The notes beneath the pieces are model-generated. The model worked only from the letters and a program-made list of their open reading frames with translations, ran no database searches and had not been told where the DNA came from. DNA of 61,134 nt, counting the filler, from Sluysia triapertura (Eukaryota): the NCBI GenBank assembly GCA_046118255.1. It is 5 parts of 5 records of this genome, joined end to end, with 100 filler letters (N's around TTAATTAATTAA, not from the genome) between each part and the next. Parts side by side here need not be neighbours in the genome. Positions count along the whole stretch, not along the records: positions 1 to 11,968 come from JBJNIA010151827.1; positions 12,069 to 24,092 come from JBJNIA010146499.1; positions 24,193 to 37,136 come from JBJNIA010070395.1; 2 more parts are not named here. One strand, written 5' to 3'. The position numbers and the translations under genes are program-made. Positions 11,344 to 24,599 of this stretch are shown one piece after another. Every line of letters begins with the position of its first letter. The stretch's first letter is position 1.

Positions 11344-11968
11344 TTTTATTTCACAGTGATATATTTCGGACAGTGACATTTAATTAATTTTATTCAAAAA
11401 CATGTGATTATTATTATTATTATTATTCATTTTTATTGTTTGATATTATTATTCTATTAACATTCATTTTTATTAAAATATTATTTGATATCATTATTTT
11501 ATTAATTTACTTATTATTATAAATTAAAATTATATTATTAAAAAAATAAGAAAAATAATTATTAAAAAATCGTATATTAAAAATTAAAGAAAAATAATTA
11601 CTATTAAAAATCGTTATTAAAGAAAACAATTATTTAAATTGTTTTAAATATGGATTACAATATGGAGGTAAGTTAATTTAGTATTTAAACAGGTTAAATT
11701 TATGACAATAGGACTATAAGAAAATTTCGACAATAAATTTGGACAATAAAATTTCAACAATAAAAGAAAAACGAAGACGATTTGATATTCACTATGCAAT
11801 CCATGAAAAAGTAATTTATTTATGTATAGGCTTTCTTTAAGTTCTAATTTTAAACTAATAGAACATAAAATACGACTTAACTTTCTATAGTATATGTCAG
11901 ACCGTGAAAAGGCTGACTTAAAATCTTTTTAAACTCCATCGATCTAAGTATTATAGTTAAGGTCTAAA

Positions 11969-12068
11969 NNNNNNNNNNNNNNNNNNNNNNNNNNNNNNNN
12001 NNNNNNNNNNNNTTAATTAATTAANNNNNNNNNNNNNNNNNNNNNNNNNNNNNNNNNNNNNNNNNNNN
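11969..12068. other. Artificial scaffold-joining spacer
   Basis: 44N-TTAATTAATTAA-44N (stops in all six frames). Identical at 24093-24192, 37137-37236 and 48305-48404. Confidence 0.97.
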
Positions 12069-12450
12069 GGTGAAAGGGTACCAAGTGTTTGTACCTTAAA
12101 GTAGTCTTGGAAGACTTTTTCCGAATTTGGGCGATATTCTTGTATAACGATTTGTTTGAGTTCGTCATAAGGAGATTTTGAAACGATGCACGTTTGAATT
12201 TTTGGATTGATTTTACTTAGAAGTGCTTGTGGTAACATCGCTAGGGTGTGATTAAACTTCGTAGTTTGGTGTTTAATCGCACTGGTTTTGAACATGGCCT
12301 CAACAATCAAAAACTACGTGCTTGGATAACCTGTGTCATCCAAGAAAAATTGAGACGACGGATTACTGATGTTTGTTAATTGATCTTGAACAGTACGTGA
12401 TGGAAGTTCAGGTTCGTCGTCAGTACCGCCAGGTAATTGGTGATTAATTG
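12069..12450 (-). pseudogene. gag: Ty3/Gypsy Gag capsid N-terminal domain (DUF7041-like)
   Basis: PST*FLIVEAMF...TKFNHTLAMLP...PYDELKQIVIQEY...QTLG matches the PxxWFxxxEAxF...TKF...PYxxLK...LGDxxPS pattern. TAG replaces the expected Trp. Confidence 0.8.
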
Positions 12451-14609
12451 ATATGATAGTCCCCGTCTGAAATGTCGTAATCACTAAACCTTAGGTGGGG
12501 ACGTAATGAACGTAATGCCTTACGGCGCCTCGTTGACTTATGGAGTTTTGAATTTTGAGGCGCGAATTTTACTTTTATGTGTATTATTTGATGGTGGCTC
12601 CATTGATCTCAGTGTATACGTGTCGTTCGAATGTCGTAGTAAAGTCAGTTATTGACCCTGGTAAGATTTGTTTTTGCTTTAAAATTGACCGAGGTGTTAT
12701 TGTTTTGGTGTGCTTCTTCTGATTTGTGACTTCCTTCTGAATAATAGGTTCTATTCTGTTTGATTTTTTGATTTGAACTGTCTGAATTCGGTTAGTAGAA
12801 TAAGTTTTCGGTTTGTTGTTTGAGCGTATTCTTAGAAGTATTGACTTGTTTAAGGTTGGATTTCTTAGTCTTTTCGTTTAGTATATTGACTTTAATATTT
12901 GTGTTCTTAGGTGATTGTTTCGATACATCCTTGAATATATTAATTTTTTGTTGGTCTGTTGGTTTGAGATGTTTTGTTGTTTTTGATCTTGGCTGTTGTA
13001 TTTGTTGATTATACTACTGGAAAGTTGTTTGAATGTGTTTTCGAACGTATTAAATTTTTTAGAATCGGATTTGATAATCCTTTGATTTGCATTGGCCTTA
13101 ATGGCACATCTAAATTTGGGACCTTCTTTACAGACTTGTGCGAATGATTTTTTACCATTTATTTTATACTTCTTTGTGGACCAGTTAAATAGTATTTTAC
13201 GCTCCTGGGTAGGTTGTAATTGGATAAACTCTTTTTTATTGTCTTGACTTAATTTGTAGCGCGATTCGAAGATGTGGCTGGGGTGGTGGAAAACCCATAA
13301 CATAAAATTTTATTAAGATTGTGAGTAGGTGTTATCCAAATAAAAGGTTGATTGTTTAAAAGATTTTTGAGTCTTATGATCATGATAAAATTTGTTGTTT
13401 GTTTTGGAAGATGAAATTGGTATTATATTGTTTGTTGATTGTTTAGTGGCATTGTTGTATGTGTGAATATTTGTCATTTTTGTAGAGTTTTGTGATAATC
13501 TATCATTATAGGATGAGTTAATGAGATGATTTTGAATTTGGTATTTGTAAGGCAATTTATCATTTGTTTTAGTTGATGAAAATTTTATTGTATTATGTTT
13601 TAATTGTTCTGAATTGTTATTATTTAGGTGTGTGTTGTTGTTTCTATTCATTGGGAGATTTTGTGAAGACTTGACGTTATTACATGGGTTGATGACATGA
13701 TTTTGTGTTTGTGAAGCTGTTTATTATTTATTTTGGATGGTAAAGAGTGTGTTATATTGTTCTTTGGTTGTTCAAGACTATTATTTTGTACGTATATGTT
13801 GTTTTGTTATTTACAAGATTTAGTGAAGGTTTGATGCTATTGTATGAAATGTCCTGTACTGGATGTTTGTTATATGTTTCGAATAGTAAAGGTTGCAATG
13901 CTTTATTTAGTGGTTATGTGATGACATTATAATGTGTACTGGAGTCGCTGTTTTTATTAATGATTGTATTTATAGATGATTTGATGGTATTACATAAACT
14001 TGTGATGTTTTTCTGTATTTTATCTAGCTTTGTTTTATTCAATTTATGTTTAGTACCTGTTGCGATGCGTGAAGGTATATCGTGGAGTACATTCTTTTGT
14101 AGTTGGAAGGTGATGTTTTCTGTTTGGGTTTCTATTCTGATCTACGTTTATATTCAGAAATGTATGGTTATTTTGTGATTTTATGGATGTGTTAGTTGTG
14201 TTTTGTTGAGACTTATTACTACGATCTGTGAGATTACTAGATGAAAGTATCGATGTTTTGATATTATTATATTTGAGAAGTCTCTTGTGTACAAAATATT
14301 TTTCGAGTGCAGTTTTGATGATACTTTTAAATATATTTATATTGTTATATATAATTTTATTTATATTATTTATATACTTATCGAGAAGATAAATATAGCC
14401 TATGTTTTCGTACATTCTAAAAAGTAATTGTGTTATCTTGAAAAAAGATATAATTATGGGTATGTTAATATTGAATTATGTAAAAAAAAGTGTTTATAAT
14501 GAATTTAAAAATATGAATTGTAGCTTTTGAGGGTGAGTGTAATTTTCCTTTGTTGTGTTAAAAGGAAAATTTTTTTTAATTTATCAAAAGTGAAAGGTTG
14601 GCCACCACA
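12069..14609 (-). mobile_element. TGTGG-family element with a decayed long Gag ORF (runs off the scaffold)
   Basis: End TGTGGTGGCCAACC at 14609. A chain of same-strand N/T/K/Q/H-rich ORF pieces (14050-14415, 13313-13651, 12878-13303) leads into the Gag domain. Confidence 0.75.
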
Positions 14610-16197
14610 TTGAAGCATCATTTATTCATAAGCTTTTAACTTCACTAAAATTCGATCCATATTTTTAATTAAAATAAGGTAAATTGCAACATCCTCGCAA
14701 CCAAATTGCATAATTGATATTTGTAATTTCTTCATATATTTCTTATATTCTTAAAAAAATTCATTGATTAAAGGTTGTATCTCGATATTTAAATTTTGAT
14801 ACATTGAAATTTCAATGAAATAACATGTATTTCTACAAGTTAATTTAAAATAATAAGTAATATAAATACTCCTCCATGAAAAGCAAATGTGTATATGATT
14901 AAAATTATCTAAGAAAATTCAAAATGCAATTTAACGGTTTCGGTTACATCACATGGCTTAAGACGCGCATCAGGAGGGTCCGTAACTATGACAATGTTTG
15001 CATAACTAGGCCTTATCTCTTTAATACAATTAAGATCTGAGTAATGCAATTAATCTATTATCAAATTTTCGGTTAACTTTTGGTGGTATTTTTAGATCAT
15101 TTTCTGTGGGTTAATTACTTCTATTTTATTCAACAAAATTAAAGTAATAAATAAATGCAAACGATTTCATTTGTACTTACGAAGGAGAGTTTTAAAGGTT
15201 TGCCTTAGATGAAAACAAGTAGATTGATCTTCTTCGGAAATTAGAAATTTTATTAGTTGCAAAAGAGACTCAATCTAAAAATGGTAGAAAATTTCGAAAT
15301 AGAATAAAGGAACATAACGAAACTCTAATTCAAAATATTTTGACCTAAATTAGTTAGACTTAAAATAATACCACCAATTTTAATTATGAATAGAGAAATG
15401 AATTATTTTTTAGAAAATTTTACGATTTTAAAGAATCCAAAGTGACACCAATGCCTTCATAAGAAACGAGTTACTAACTGCTTGATTAAAACTATCAAAA
15501 TTTATTCTTGCTTTCGAAATATCTTGTAATTCTTGATCACGTTGTCTATTTTTCTAGTAATAATAAATGCAGTATTCTGAACGATCAAATTTATCCGAAA
15601 TTAATTTTTCAGTGAAGGCCATTACGATGTTCTGATATTAGTTGTGTATTCTTCTTGAAGGAAAGATAATGTTATTATGTGACATTTATGTAAAAATACA
15701 TGTAACAATACGCATTTGTGTGATATTGACATTTGTTTTTAGACGTAGTTACTGGAGGCACTTCGTATGAGGTTGACATTGTTCGCGAACGATTAGGTAT
15801 TAAAAGCTATGAGTACCATTTTTCTCGTAATAAGGTGTTTGTTTTGTATTATGATCGCAGATTAGGAATACAAATGTATACAGAAATAATAACGATTATA
15901 TTAAGTTTCGAAATATGCGTTAAAACCTTAGAAGCTATCATGTTAATGTGTACTTTGGGTATATTTTTTACATTGGAAAGATGATTAGTGATTCTAGACA
16001 GGTCAGAAAAATAATTGTATTCTGTTATGTCTTATTCCTTTTTGGGATGCCCTATTAGTTTTAAATTAAATTAACTGAAATTTTGTTTACTTAATGCGAA
16101 ATTCATTACTAAGCGTTGACTTTATAATCATTTTACAACCAATTTCATTTAACAATTGAATATTAGAGTATTGAGTGCTTTATCGAAAAATACGAAT

Positions 16198-16889
16198 TTA
16201 TTTTAACAAATTCATGTTAATGAACCCTATTAAATAAAGACAAATCGTAAGGTATTTATACAAAAAGGAATGAAGCGAATTGCAAAAACTAACATTTAAA
16301 CACTTATTGTCGAGACGACACCTTACTTCATTTTGCTGTTCGGCGTTTACGTGATTTGTACCGGAATCTTCATTTATTGGCTGTTTTATTCTTCCTTGCT
16401 CATTGTGAATGAATAAACCTAATTGAACTCGTCGTAGCGTAAATTTCATATAATTTATTTTGTAGCCTATATTAGAAAACAACCTAATTCTCTCTATTAC
16501 TCTAACGACATTTATCGCATTTATTCATGATCAAGACCTTCATTTCATTTATTGATAACGTTCATAGCACCTGGTTTATAATTCGAATTTTAATTTGTTC
16601 ATTGATGGTATTGATCGCATTTGCTTGATTATCGGTATTTACATTTTGCAGACTGGTGGCTTTCATCTCGTTTACTTTATGATTAATACTTTCACTTGGT
16701 TCCTTGATGGTATTTGCAATATCTGGTTTATTTCGTACATTGATGCCATCGATCACTTTACTTTATAATCGGAATTTCCATTTCGCTTACTTTAAAATCA
16801 GTACATTCATTTCGTTCCTTGATAGCATTTGTTTTATCTAGATGCCCTTCAGTTGCTGTCCTTTTAGACTTTAAGTAATTTATTAGCAT
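16198..16889 (-). pseudogene. Frameshifted intronless ORF with repeated coiled-coil units and a CCCH finger
   Basis: Repeats KTNAIKERNE..KVSEME, IANTIKEPSE..KVNEMK and QANAIN..INE. CRLDNKCLNVSFCNSLH is C-x5-C-x5-C-x3-H. Confidence 0.5.
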
Positions 16890-17225
16890 TTAATAATCTT
16901 GATAATTAAAATTTTATTTTTTGCTAAAAATTAAAGTTTTCCAATTAAATTTTACATAAATTTTTTTATTACCCTAAATTTATATTACAACTCTTTTTTT
17001 ACTTTTAGATTATTTAAATTTTTTTGTCAATGTAGCTTTATTTTCGTATACTAACTCTTTTTCTTTTAATACACACATTTATACACCAATACTTTAATAC
17101 ATACATACACTTAATTTATAGCTCAATTAGTTTTTCCCATGTCCTTCAATCATATGAGAACATAGTTATACATAAATTTTACGTGTTTGCATAGGCAGTG
17201 AAATATGAATTAGCACAGAAGCAGC

Positions 17226-17280
17226 CAAATCACATTTGATTGGATTTAGAAATTACTACGTAATTTAGCAGCCATCTTGT
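17226..17280. promoter_or_regulatory. Hairpin/CCAAT module between divergent ORFs
   Basis: CCAAATCA..TGATTGG inverted repeat, AAATTAC..GTAATTT inverted repeat, and GCCATCTT (YY1-like). Confidence 0.35.
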
Positions 17281-17947
17281 AACTTAATTTTAATGCATTT
17301 GATTTTATTATTATTGTAGGGAATTCATCACACAAAGTTCATCACAAAAACACTTTACATGTGCACAAATTATTAAACAAATTACTAAACTCATTCAAAA
17401 ACAAACATGATCATCGCATCTAATTATTATTACAATTCAGATCGTATTAAAATACATAATAATTATAGTCATTATTGTCATATAATATGATCATATAGTA
17501 ATAACTTTTATAATAAATTTCAATGTCAACAATTCTGTATTAATAAACAATATATCCACGTAAATGTTACCATTATTATTATTTCTTTTAACTTTATTAT
17601 CAACCTATCTTTCTATTTATATCTAAGTTTATTTTTTAAAATGTTTTAAAATTTTTATGGTTGATAATACTAATATTATTTTGACAATGATGGTTTATTT
17701 TACTCAAATTACTGAATTAAATTTTCCTAAAACACTTTCATGATGTTGTGAACAACAAGACTAATTTATATTCTATTCTTATTGTGACGAATTGTAATAC
17801 TAAAATTTGTATTGTTGAATCGATAGATATTTTCAAACCTCGATATACGTGCTTTATTGTTCGCTATCTATATACATCAGATATTTGGGAATCATTTCTA
17901 AACGAAATTTCACAATTTTTCAGTTCGAAAAGTTTTTCAACCGATTA

Positions 17948-18988
17948 ATGGCAGTTAGCTTTAATTATCAATATAGTATGTTTGAGAATTGTACATTATT
18001 ATGTGATTTAACTGATTGTCAGAAAGATTTACACTTCTATATCATGGACAAATTAAAAAATTCATTAGAAACTCGTAATTTAATAGACTTTGTTGAAGCT
18101 GTTACTCAAGGTATTCTAGTCAGTCAGCATCCATGTTTGTTTCAGTATGATGAGTCGATTGAAGATAGACGATTTTATCAAGTGACAATGAACAAATTTT
18201 ATCAAGCAATTAATATTGATCTTACAATTTACAACATTGTCATTCCAATCAATTATACAATTAATAATGATTTATTAAATATATTTAAGTATAATGCTCC
18301 TAATAAGTTAATTTTTACGGATAATTTGAGTATGGTTGATGAATTTGAGTTTTTAGAACCTTCAACAAGTTTTACTATCGATTTCACTGAAATTATTTTA
18401 GAAAATGCTGCTAAATATGAATCCAATCCAAAATTTTTAGATAAGCAAGATATTGAAATGATTTGTGGAGAATTTAATAATATACCTATTTCAAATAGTG
18501 AAAAAGTACTCTATTCGTGTACAAAAATTTCTAAAACTATTCAGTTGTATCAAGAATTGAAACGTTTTCATTATTTATTTAGTGCATTTAAAAAGTTGTT
18601 TAAGCCTATGTATGATGACTTAAACATCAGTAGGAATGATATAGATGCTCTCAAAAAACTTTGTTCTATTCTAAAGTTATGTTTACAAAACTTACACTGT
18701 GAAAGTCTGAAATTTGTCAATCACTATGAAATTGTGAAACAATTTCAAATTCACAAATCAGTTCATTCATCATCATCATCATTATCACCATTAATTCATC
18801 AAAAAATTGAACAATATCTATATGATAAACTTAAAAATGAATTACAAATTAGTATTGTAAAATATAGGAAATATTTCGGATTGGATAAAGAATATGTTAT
18901 GTCTGGAAAATTTAAAGTTTTCGAATCGTTATTTAACAAAATCATGAAGGATTCATCTATCGATCGAATTGTTTTATCTCAATTTTGA
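17948..18988 (+). CDS. Intronless ~346-aa ORF of unknown function
   Basis: Over 1 kb open frame in very AT-rich DNA, globular composition. A frameshifted upstream YCDE/CNTKIC segment (17687-17830) is weakly B-box-like. Confidence 0.7.
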   Translation: MAVSFNYQYSMFENCTLLCDLTDCQKDLHFYIMDKLKNSLETRNLIDFVEAVTQGILVSQHPCLFQYDESIEDRRFYQVTMNKFYQAINIDLTIYNIVIPINYTINNDLLNIFKYNAPNKLIFTDNLSMVDEFEFLEPSTSFTIDFTEIILENAAKYESNPKFLDKQDIEMICGEFNNIPISNSEKVLYSCTKISKTIQLYQELKRFHYLFSAFKKLFKPMYDDLNISRNDIDALKKLCSILKLCLQNLHCESLKFVNHYEIVKQFQIHKSVHSSSSSLSPLIHQKIEQYLYDKLKNELQISIVKYRKYFGLDKEYVMSGKFKVFESLFNKIMKDSSIDRIVLSQF

Positions 18989-19086
18989 ATTATTAAATTA
19001 AGTTCATATTCACTAAAAAATAAATTACAATATTTAATAAATTATGATAAAAATTAATTAATAAAAAAATCAATAATTTACTGCAA

Positions 19087-19965
19087 CTGAAACTGATACA
19101 ATAATTTTGTTTCGTTATGTTTGGGCTATCAACTCTTTCAGCATGGGATTATAAAAAAGTTCAAGAATACGTTATTAAAAGGAATCATTATGAAACTTGT
19201 GTTATTCCTTGTAATTTTGAACTTATAAAAGATAAAATAATCTACGAAACTCATCCCACAAATTTTTTATGTTTTGGCGATTACGATATAAATCGTTACC
19301 CGATAAATGGCTCACTAAATCGGGTTTGCTCAGTTAGTTATCGATCTTGCAATCTTAAAGACAAAGATACTCAAACAATAAATTATAGTCAGTGTACTAC
19401 GCTAAGACACTATCATAAGACGACTCAAACTCAGACAAATATTTCTAATTGTCAACAAGATGAAACTAAAGATAGAATGATGCTTTTATCGAAATATGTA
19501 CGAACAGTTAAAAATCCGATTACGAAGTATAGTGATAATTGGTTTAATCCAATTTCAACTGATTCTATGTTTCATGGTGCATTTTCATTTCCAACTAATA
19601 AGTCACTTTATCCTCCACGTATTCAGTATAATTTATCATCATTACAATATCAAAGGCCTCTCGGTATCAATAACGTATATTTCTCACATGAAAATTCTTG
19701 TACCAGTCCTATCCTAAAACACGTAGTTTTATTATTGTTATTAATTACATATTTGTTTTATTATTGCTTAATTTTTTTAAATAAGATAACAAATTTTGTT
19801 AATGTGTTAAATTTTGTTAGGGATTTAAATTCCTTAGTTATTTCAGGCCTTACGCCTATTTTCTTAAATATAATAGAAATATGTTTCAAGAGTTTTTGTT
19901 TAATTGGAATCATTTATAATAAAAATTTAAAACTAAAAAAAATAACTTTATCTTTCTTAAACTAA
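19087..19965 (+). CDS. Putative membrane glycoprotein (signal peptide disrupted by one stop)
   Basis: In-frame KLIQ*FCFVMFGLSTLSA signal-like leader. 8 Cys and 5 N-x-S sequons precede the hydrophobic VVLLLLLITYLFYYCLIFL. Confidence 0.55.
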
Positions 19966-21870
19966 AATATTTTTTGCCCTCCACACAACATTTATTGAAG
20001 AGTTAGGCATAATTGCCCATAAATAGAAGGAGTAAGAGAAAACTTTTGCATTAATAAGGGGATTATTTACTTTCAAATTCTGTAGCTGCGTCTAGTATAC
20101 GTTCTAAATCGTAGACTACAGACGAACCCGCTTAAAATTGTTATAAGATTTAGAGTATAATTTTTAATTTAAATTTTAAAGTTTAATTTTTGGAGTTATA
20201 TTTTAAATTTTTCGTCATTATTTGGCCATTTCTGTCAAAAATTTTTTTGGAAAGAAGTATACAAGTTTTACAGATAATCCATTTTTCAAAAGTAACTTAT
20301 GGTGACGTTATTTAGTTAATAATTGATTAAGTATATTGTTTTAAAATATTTTATAATATAAATTATCAATTTTTTTAAAGTAAAATTTATTACAGAATTA
20401 AAGTTCTATAATAATAATTACTAATCATTTATTGGTACTATTATTGTTAATAAATTTATAGAATTGTTGTAGATAAATTACCTAAAAATGTGTTAAAATT
20501 AATTTTGTTGTAATTATAGAATTTTAGTGTTAAAAAATTATTTTTGTCTTCTTTTAAATGCATTGTATCTTGTTATCAAATTGATTATTAATGACTATGG
20601 AAAAAGATATAATATTAAAAAGTGTATAAAATAAACGCAAAAGAATTTTTTGTATAAGAATTGCATTAAAATATATCATGAAGAATTCCGTTAAGCTGTC
20701 TATATTAACCTCCACATTTCAGGATTCAAAATTAGTTTTTTCGACTACGATTTAAAGAATTTCGTTTTAACATATTCAAGGAAAAACTTTAAAGAATTAC
20801 ATATTCTTTTATACCTCCATCACTTGCATTTTCTTTCAAAAAGCGCGTAAGTCCGGTGTCACATAGGTGTCACATAAATCAAAATATATTATTATTAATC
20901 AAATCAAATTTTCACATATATAATATATTAACCCTAATTATATATAGTGTTAATAATTTTTATTATTATCAAACTATAACCCAATAATTTAACAAATTTG
21001 GAATTTCGATAAAATCACAATTTTAAAATGAAAATTCTTTTATAACAATACACCTCGATAATACAAAAAAAACAAATTATTCTTTAATAACAAAACGTCT
21101 TTTATTATCAAATTTAAAATTATAAATCTCTTAAAATTAAAAATCACTACCAGACGTGATACAACTCAAGTAAAATAAATGTTGATGCCAATATTAACTA
21201 AAATATAATGAATAAAAACAAGTTACTAACCCTTATTTTAGTCGGTTGCTAAAGAATAAGCCCCAATTTCACCGATTTCCACAGACGAATTGTGGCATTC
21301 TTCCTAAAGCTAAAAAATTTTCAATTTTGTTACTGTCTTTCCCTATTCTTGTCTTGTTTTGTTCTGTTTGTCTACGCAAATGTAGCAGTTATAAGATCAT
21401 TTTGGAAATTGAAAATTGGACCAGACAGAAATTACAAGGGTACATTCTTTTTATTTGGTGATAGCCGATCAATTGTACTCATCAAATTTCGACAGTAATT
21501 TCCGCCTGAGTCCAATTTCATTATTTTTTAATTATCTAAAGCTAAAGGGATTTGTAGTAAACAATCCCCATTCTCTTCTCAACATCATTAAATTAAAATT
21601 TAATATCATTATTATAAGCTAGTTTATTAAGAACATAATTTGTCAACTTAAATTGAGGATAAAATTAATGGAATATTTTTTTCTATAGGAATCTTTTGTA
21701 CAATACGTTATGAGACAACTACACGTTGCACGTCAAGTTCAATAACATAGTTAGATTAGTATCGCTTTAAACATCAATTTAATATATACTTTACTTATAC
21801 TTACTGAACATTTTTAACTATAATTTTAAATTATAAAAACTAATTAAAATAACTAAGTTATACTTTATCT

Positions 21871-22005
21871 ATGTCGTTGTACTTCGCAACACTTTTCATT
21901 GTAAAGACTAATAAAACTCATCATTAAACATTAAATCTAATATTAAATCTAATGTACCATGAGCAAACATTTTTATTAAGTTATTAAATTAAACAAGTTT
22001 TTTCT
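21871..22005 (+). repeat. Dispersed repeat; second copy at ~23512-24012 is interrupted by a hAT MITE
   Basis: Shared CTTCGCAA..CTAATAAAACTC..CATGAGCAAAC..AAATTAAACAA blocks. Confidence 0.7.
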
Positions 22006-23577
22006 AATTAAATTTTATATATTTTAAATTTCCTACTTTGGATTAACTTAGTCCAAAACCTACTAAATTACGTCCATTCAATTACGTTAATAGCTTTAAT
22101 TCAGTACATAAAGCTGCAGTTTATTGACTATGTTTATTCATCCAGCAGCTACTCATGGAGGTAAATTATCTTTTTGATAACATTTATCTTACCTTGGCAC
22201 ATATCTTCTTTATCTTTCTTATTCCTTTCTTTTTATTCTTTGTTTTTGCTACTCTAAGGTTCTTAACTTATATGTACTTCTAATCTTTCTAATGCGCATA
22301 AATTTCACATACACACAATGCAATGACTTTATACGTATTTTATTTTAGGCCATTTGTAAATGTATAAAATTTAAAATTGATAAATTTAATATATAATAAA
22401 TGATTTATTGAACGTAAATTTTGGAAATATTAATTCATATTTATAATTTATATTATATTTTTATTTTATTAAAATTCTTTAACAAAAACAATTTAGAAAA
22501 CACACGATTAAAAACTTTTGACGAGCAAATAACAAAAGTAATAATAGAATAATTCAATAATATATGTATTATCAATTTATGAATAGATTTTAATAAATAT
22601 TTTAATCCAGGATTAATTCTTTGATGAAAGGAACTTATTTTAAGTATATACAACCAGTTACAAGAGAATGTCAAATTGCTAGAAGATTATGAAATATTTA
22701 AGAAAAAGCAAAGTTCTTTCTGTTTCAGAAATATTATGGTGAATGATTTACCTTAAGCGCTTCTGAGCACTTTCGCAGTAGATATGAGCGCAATATAAAT
22801 TAATATATTATTATTATATTAAGGCAAAATGAATTAATGCCGAATTCTTATCAAGAATAAACTTACATCATCATCATAAAAAATAAATTTTCCAATAAAT
22901 AGACGATCCAAATGTGTTTTGAGTAGAAATATAATTTTACAAATACCAAAGTGCCGAATATTATAACAAGTCGATCCTCACGGTTTCCAAAACAATAAAT
23001 TTCACTGACGATTTTATAATTCTTTGTAGTTATTGTGTGGATGCTTCTAATATTTTTATGTTTTTATACTTTTTCTGATTATAAGCTTATTCCAAATAAA
23101 TAAATAAATATTTTTTTAATGAAATAAATAAATAACTTTTAAATATACGGATAATGTAATTTTAATGAATAAACAATACTTTGATTGATAATAATTTTTC
23201 TAAATATTTATAATAATTTTTATGTGAGATACACGAATTCAATTAAATTATGAACTACAATTTCAATATACATTTATGATAATTTCATGTGAAAATAACG
23301 TTAATTTAATTAATGATTTTTACAATTTTTATTTACCAATTTTACAATTAATTTTATAATTTTATTTTACATAATTTACATAATTTTCAAAATTTTCTAA
23401 TTTCAAATAATAATATTTAATAATTTTAATATTATAATTATTCATTATTTACATTATTATATTTACATCATATTAACAATCATATTTACATTATAAAAAT
23501 AACTAATTTTACGTTGATGTGCTTCGCAATACTTCATCATTAAAAACACTAATAAAACTCGATATTATACACTTAAT

Positions 23578-23946
23578 TAAGGTGACCAAACGTCCCGCTT
23601 TTTCACAATTTGTCCCGCATCCCGCGACGTTTTTCAAAAGTCCCGACTTTTAGAATTAAGTTCAATTTTATATTTATGAATCCTAGGGGCTACGACGACT
23701 AACATATTGCTTTTGCTACCCAGTTACATTATATTTGTCTCTCAGATGATACACTTCCTGTTAGTACTGCGTGCTAGCAAGCTAATTAAACAAATAAATA
23801 TTACAAATCTGCTACTTATCATAGAAAATTAATGTAAGTCTTATGTTAAAAATAAAAAAATATTTATTCTGTATGAAAATTTTTGTTGATACTTTCCCCT
23901 ACTTCAAAGTTGTCCCGCTTTGCCCATCTAGAATCTGGTCACCTTA
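23578..23946. mobile_element. hAT (Blackjack/Tip100-like) MITE, 369 bp
   Basis: TIR TAAGGTGACCA/TGGTCACCTTA. 8-bp TSD CACTTAAT/CACCTAAT. Subterminal GTCCCG repeats. Confidence 0.9.
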
Positions 23947-24192
23947 CACCTAATCCAATATCATTTTATCATGAGCAAACTTTTTTATTGAATTATCAAA
24001 TTAAACAAATTTTAATTAACCCTTCGTAACTCAATATCTTAAAAAAACATATATTTTGTGTGAAACGATAGCTTTTTGTAAATAATAAAACANNNNNNNN
24101 NNNNNNNNNNNNNNNNNNNNNNNNNNNNNNNNNNNNTTAATTAATTAANNNNNNNNNNNNNNNNNNNNNNNNNNNNNNNNNNNNNNNNNNNN

Positions 24193-24269
24193 TAATTCAA
24201 TTTCATCAAGTGCCTCCTCCAATTCTTGTGTTCGAACAGCAAGTTCTTTGCGAAGTTTCTTCTCCGTAT
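24193..24269 (-). CDS. Internal exon of a coiled-coil protein (truncated by the scaffold end)
   Basis: tttcag acceptor, then TEKKLRKELAVRTQELEEALDEIEL. Weakly reminiscent of CEP290 but not assignable. Confidence 0.55.
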
Positions 24270-24599
24270 CTGAAACACATTTAAATTCTAGTTATGTTAT
24301 AAATATAAAACTACGTAAATATGTTGATTAGCATAAAACATTGTGGAACAAAACTGTTTCTGACGACAGGATATATAAAAACAGATAAGTAAATTTTAAC
24401 AGTCAAAAATTTCTGATTTTTAATTAATTTATTCTTATATAATATACTAAACATTAATGAAAAATAAGGATATAAATTGTTACGTATTTTTTACTAAATA
24501 TCAAGTCGTCAAGGATGAAATTTGTAGACAAAAAGGCAAAGTTCGTTGATAACTTACAAATATAATAAATTGTTTTATTCATCAAGTTATGCACCTATA

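Larger units (their letters stand above)
17315..19985 (+). mobile_element. TGTGG-family segment carrying two large ORFs
   Basis: 17315-17425 is homologous to the reverse complement of ~55547-55667, which lies 136 bp inside the TGTGG end at 55803. The right side ends GCCCTCCACA. Confidence 0.55.

Noticed and set aside
12013-12024. TTAATTAATTAA islands inside N runs as a biological repeat
   Set aside because: Four identical 100-nt constructs, so they are artificial contig linkers.
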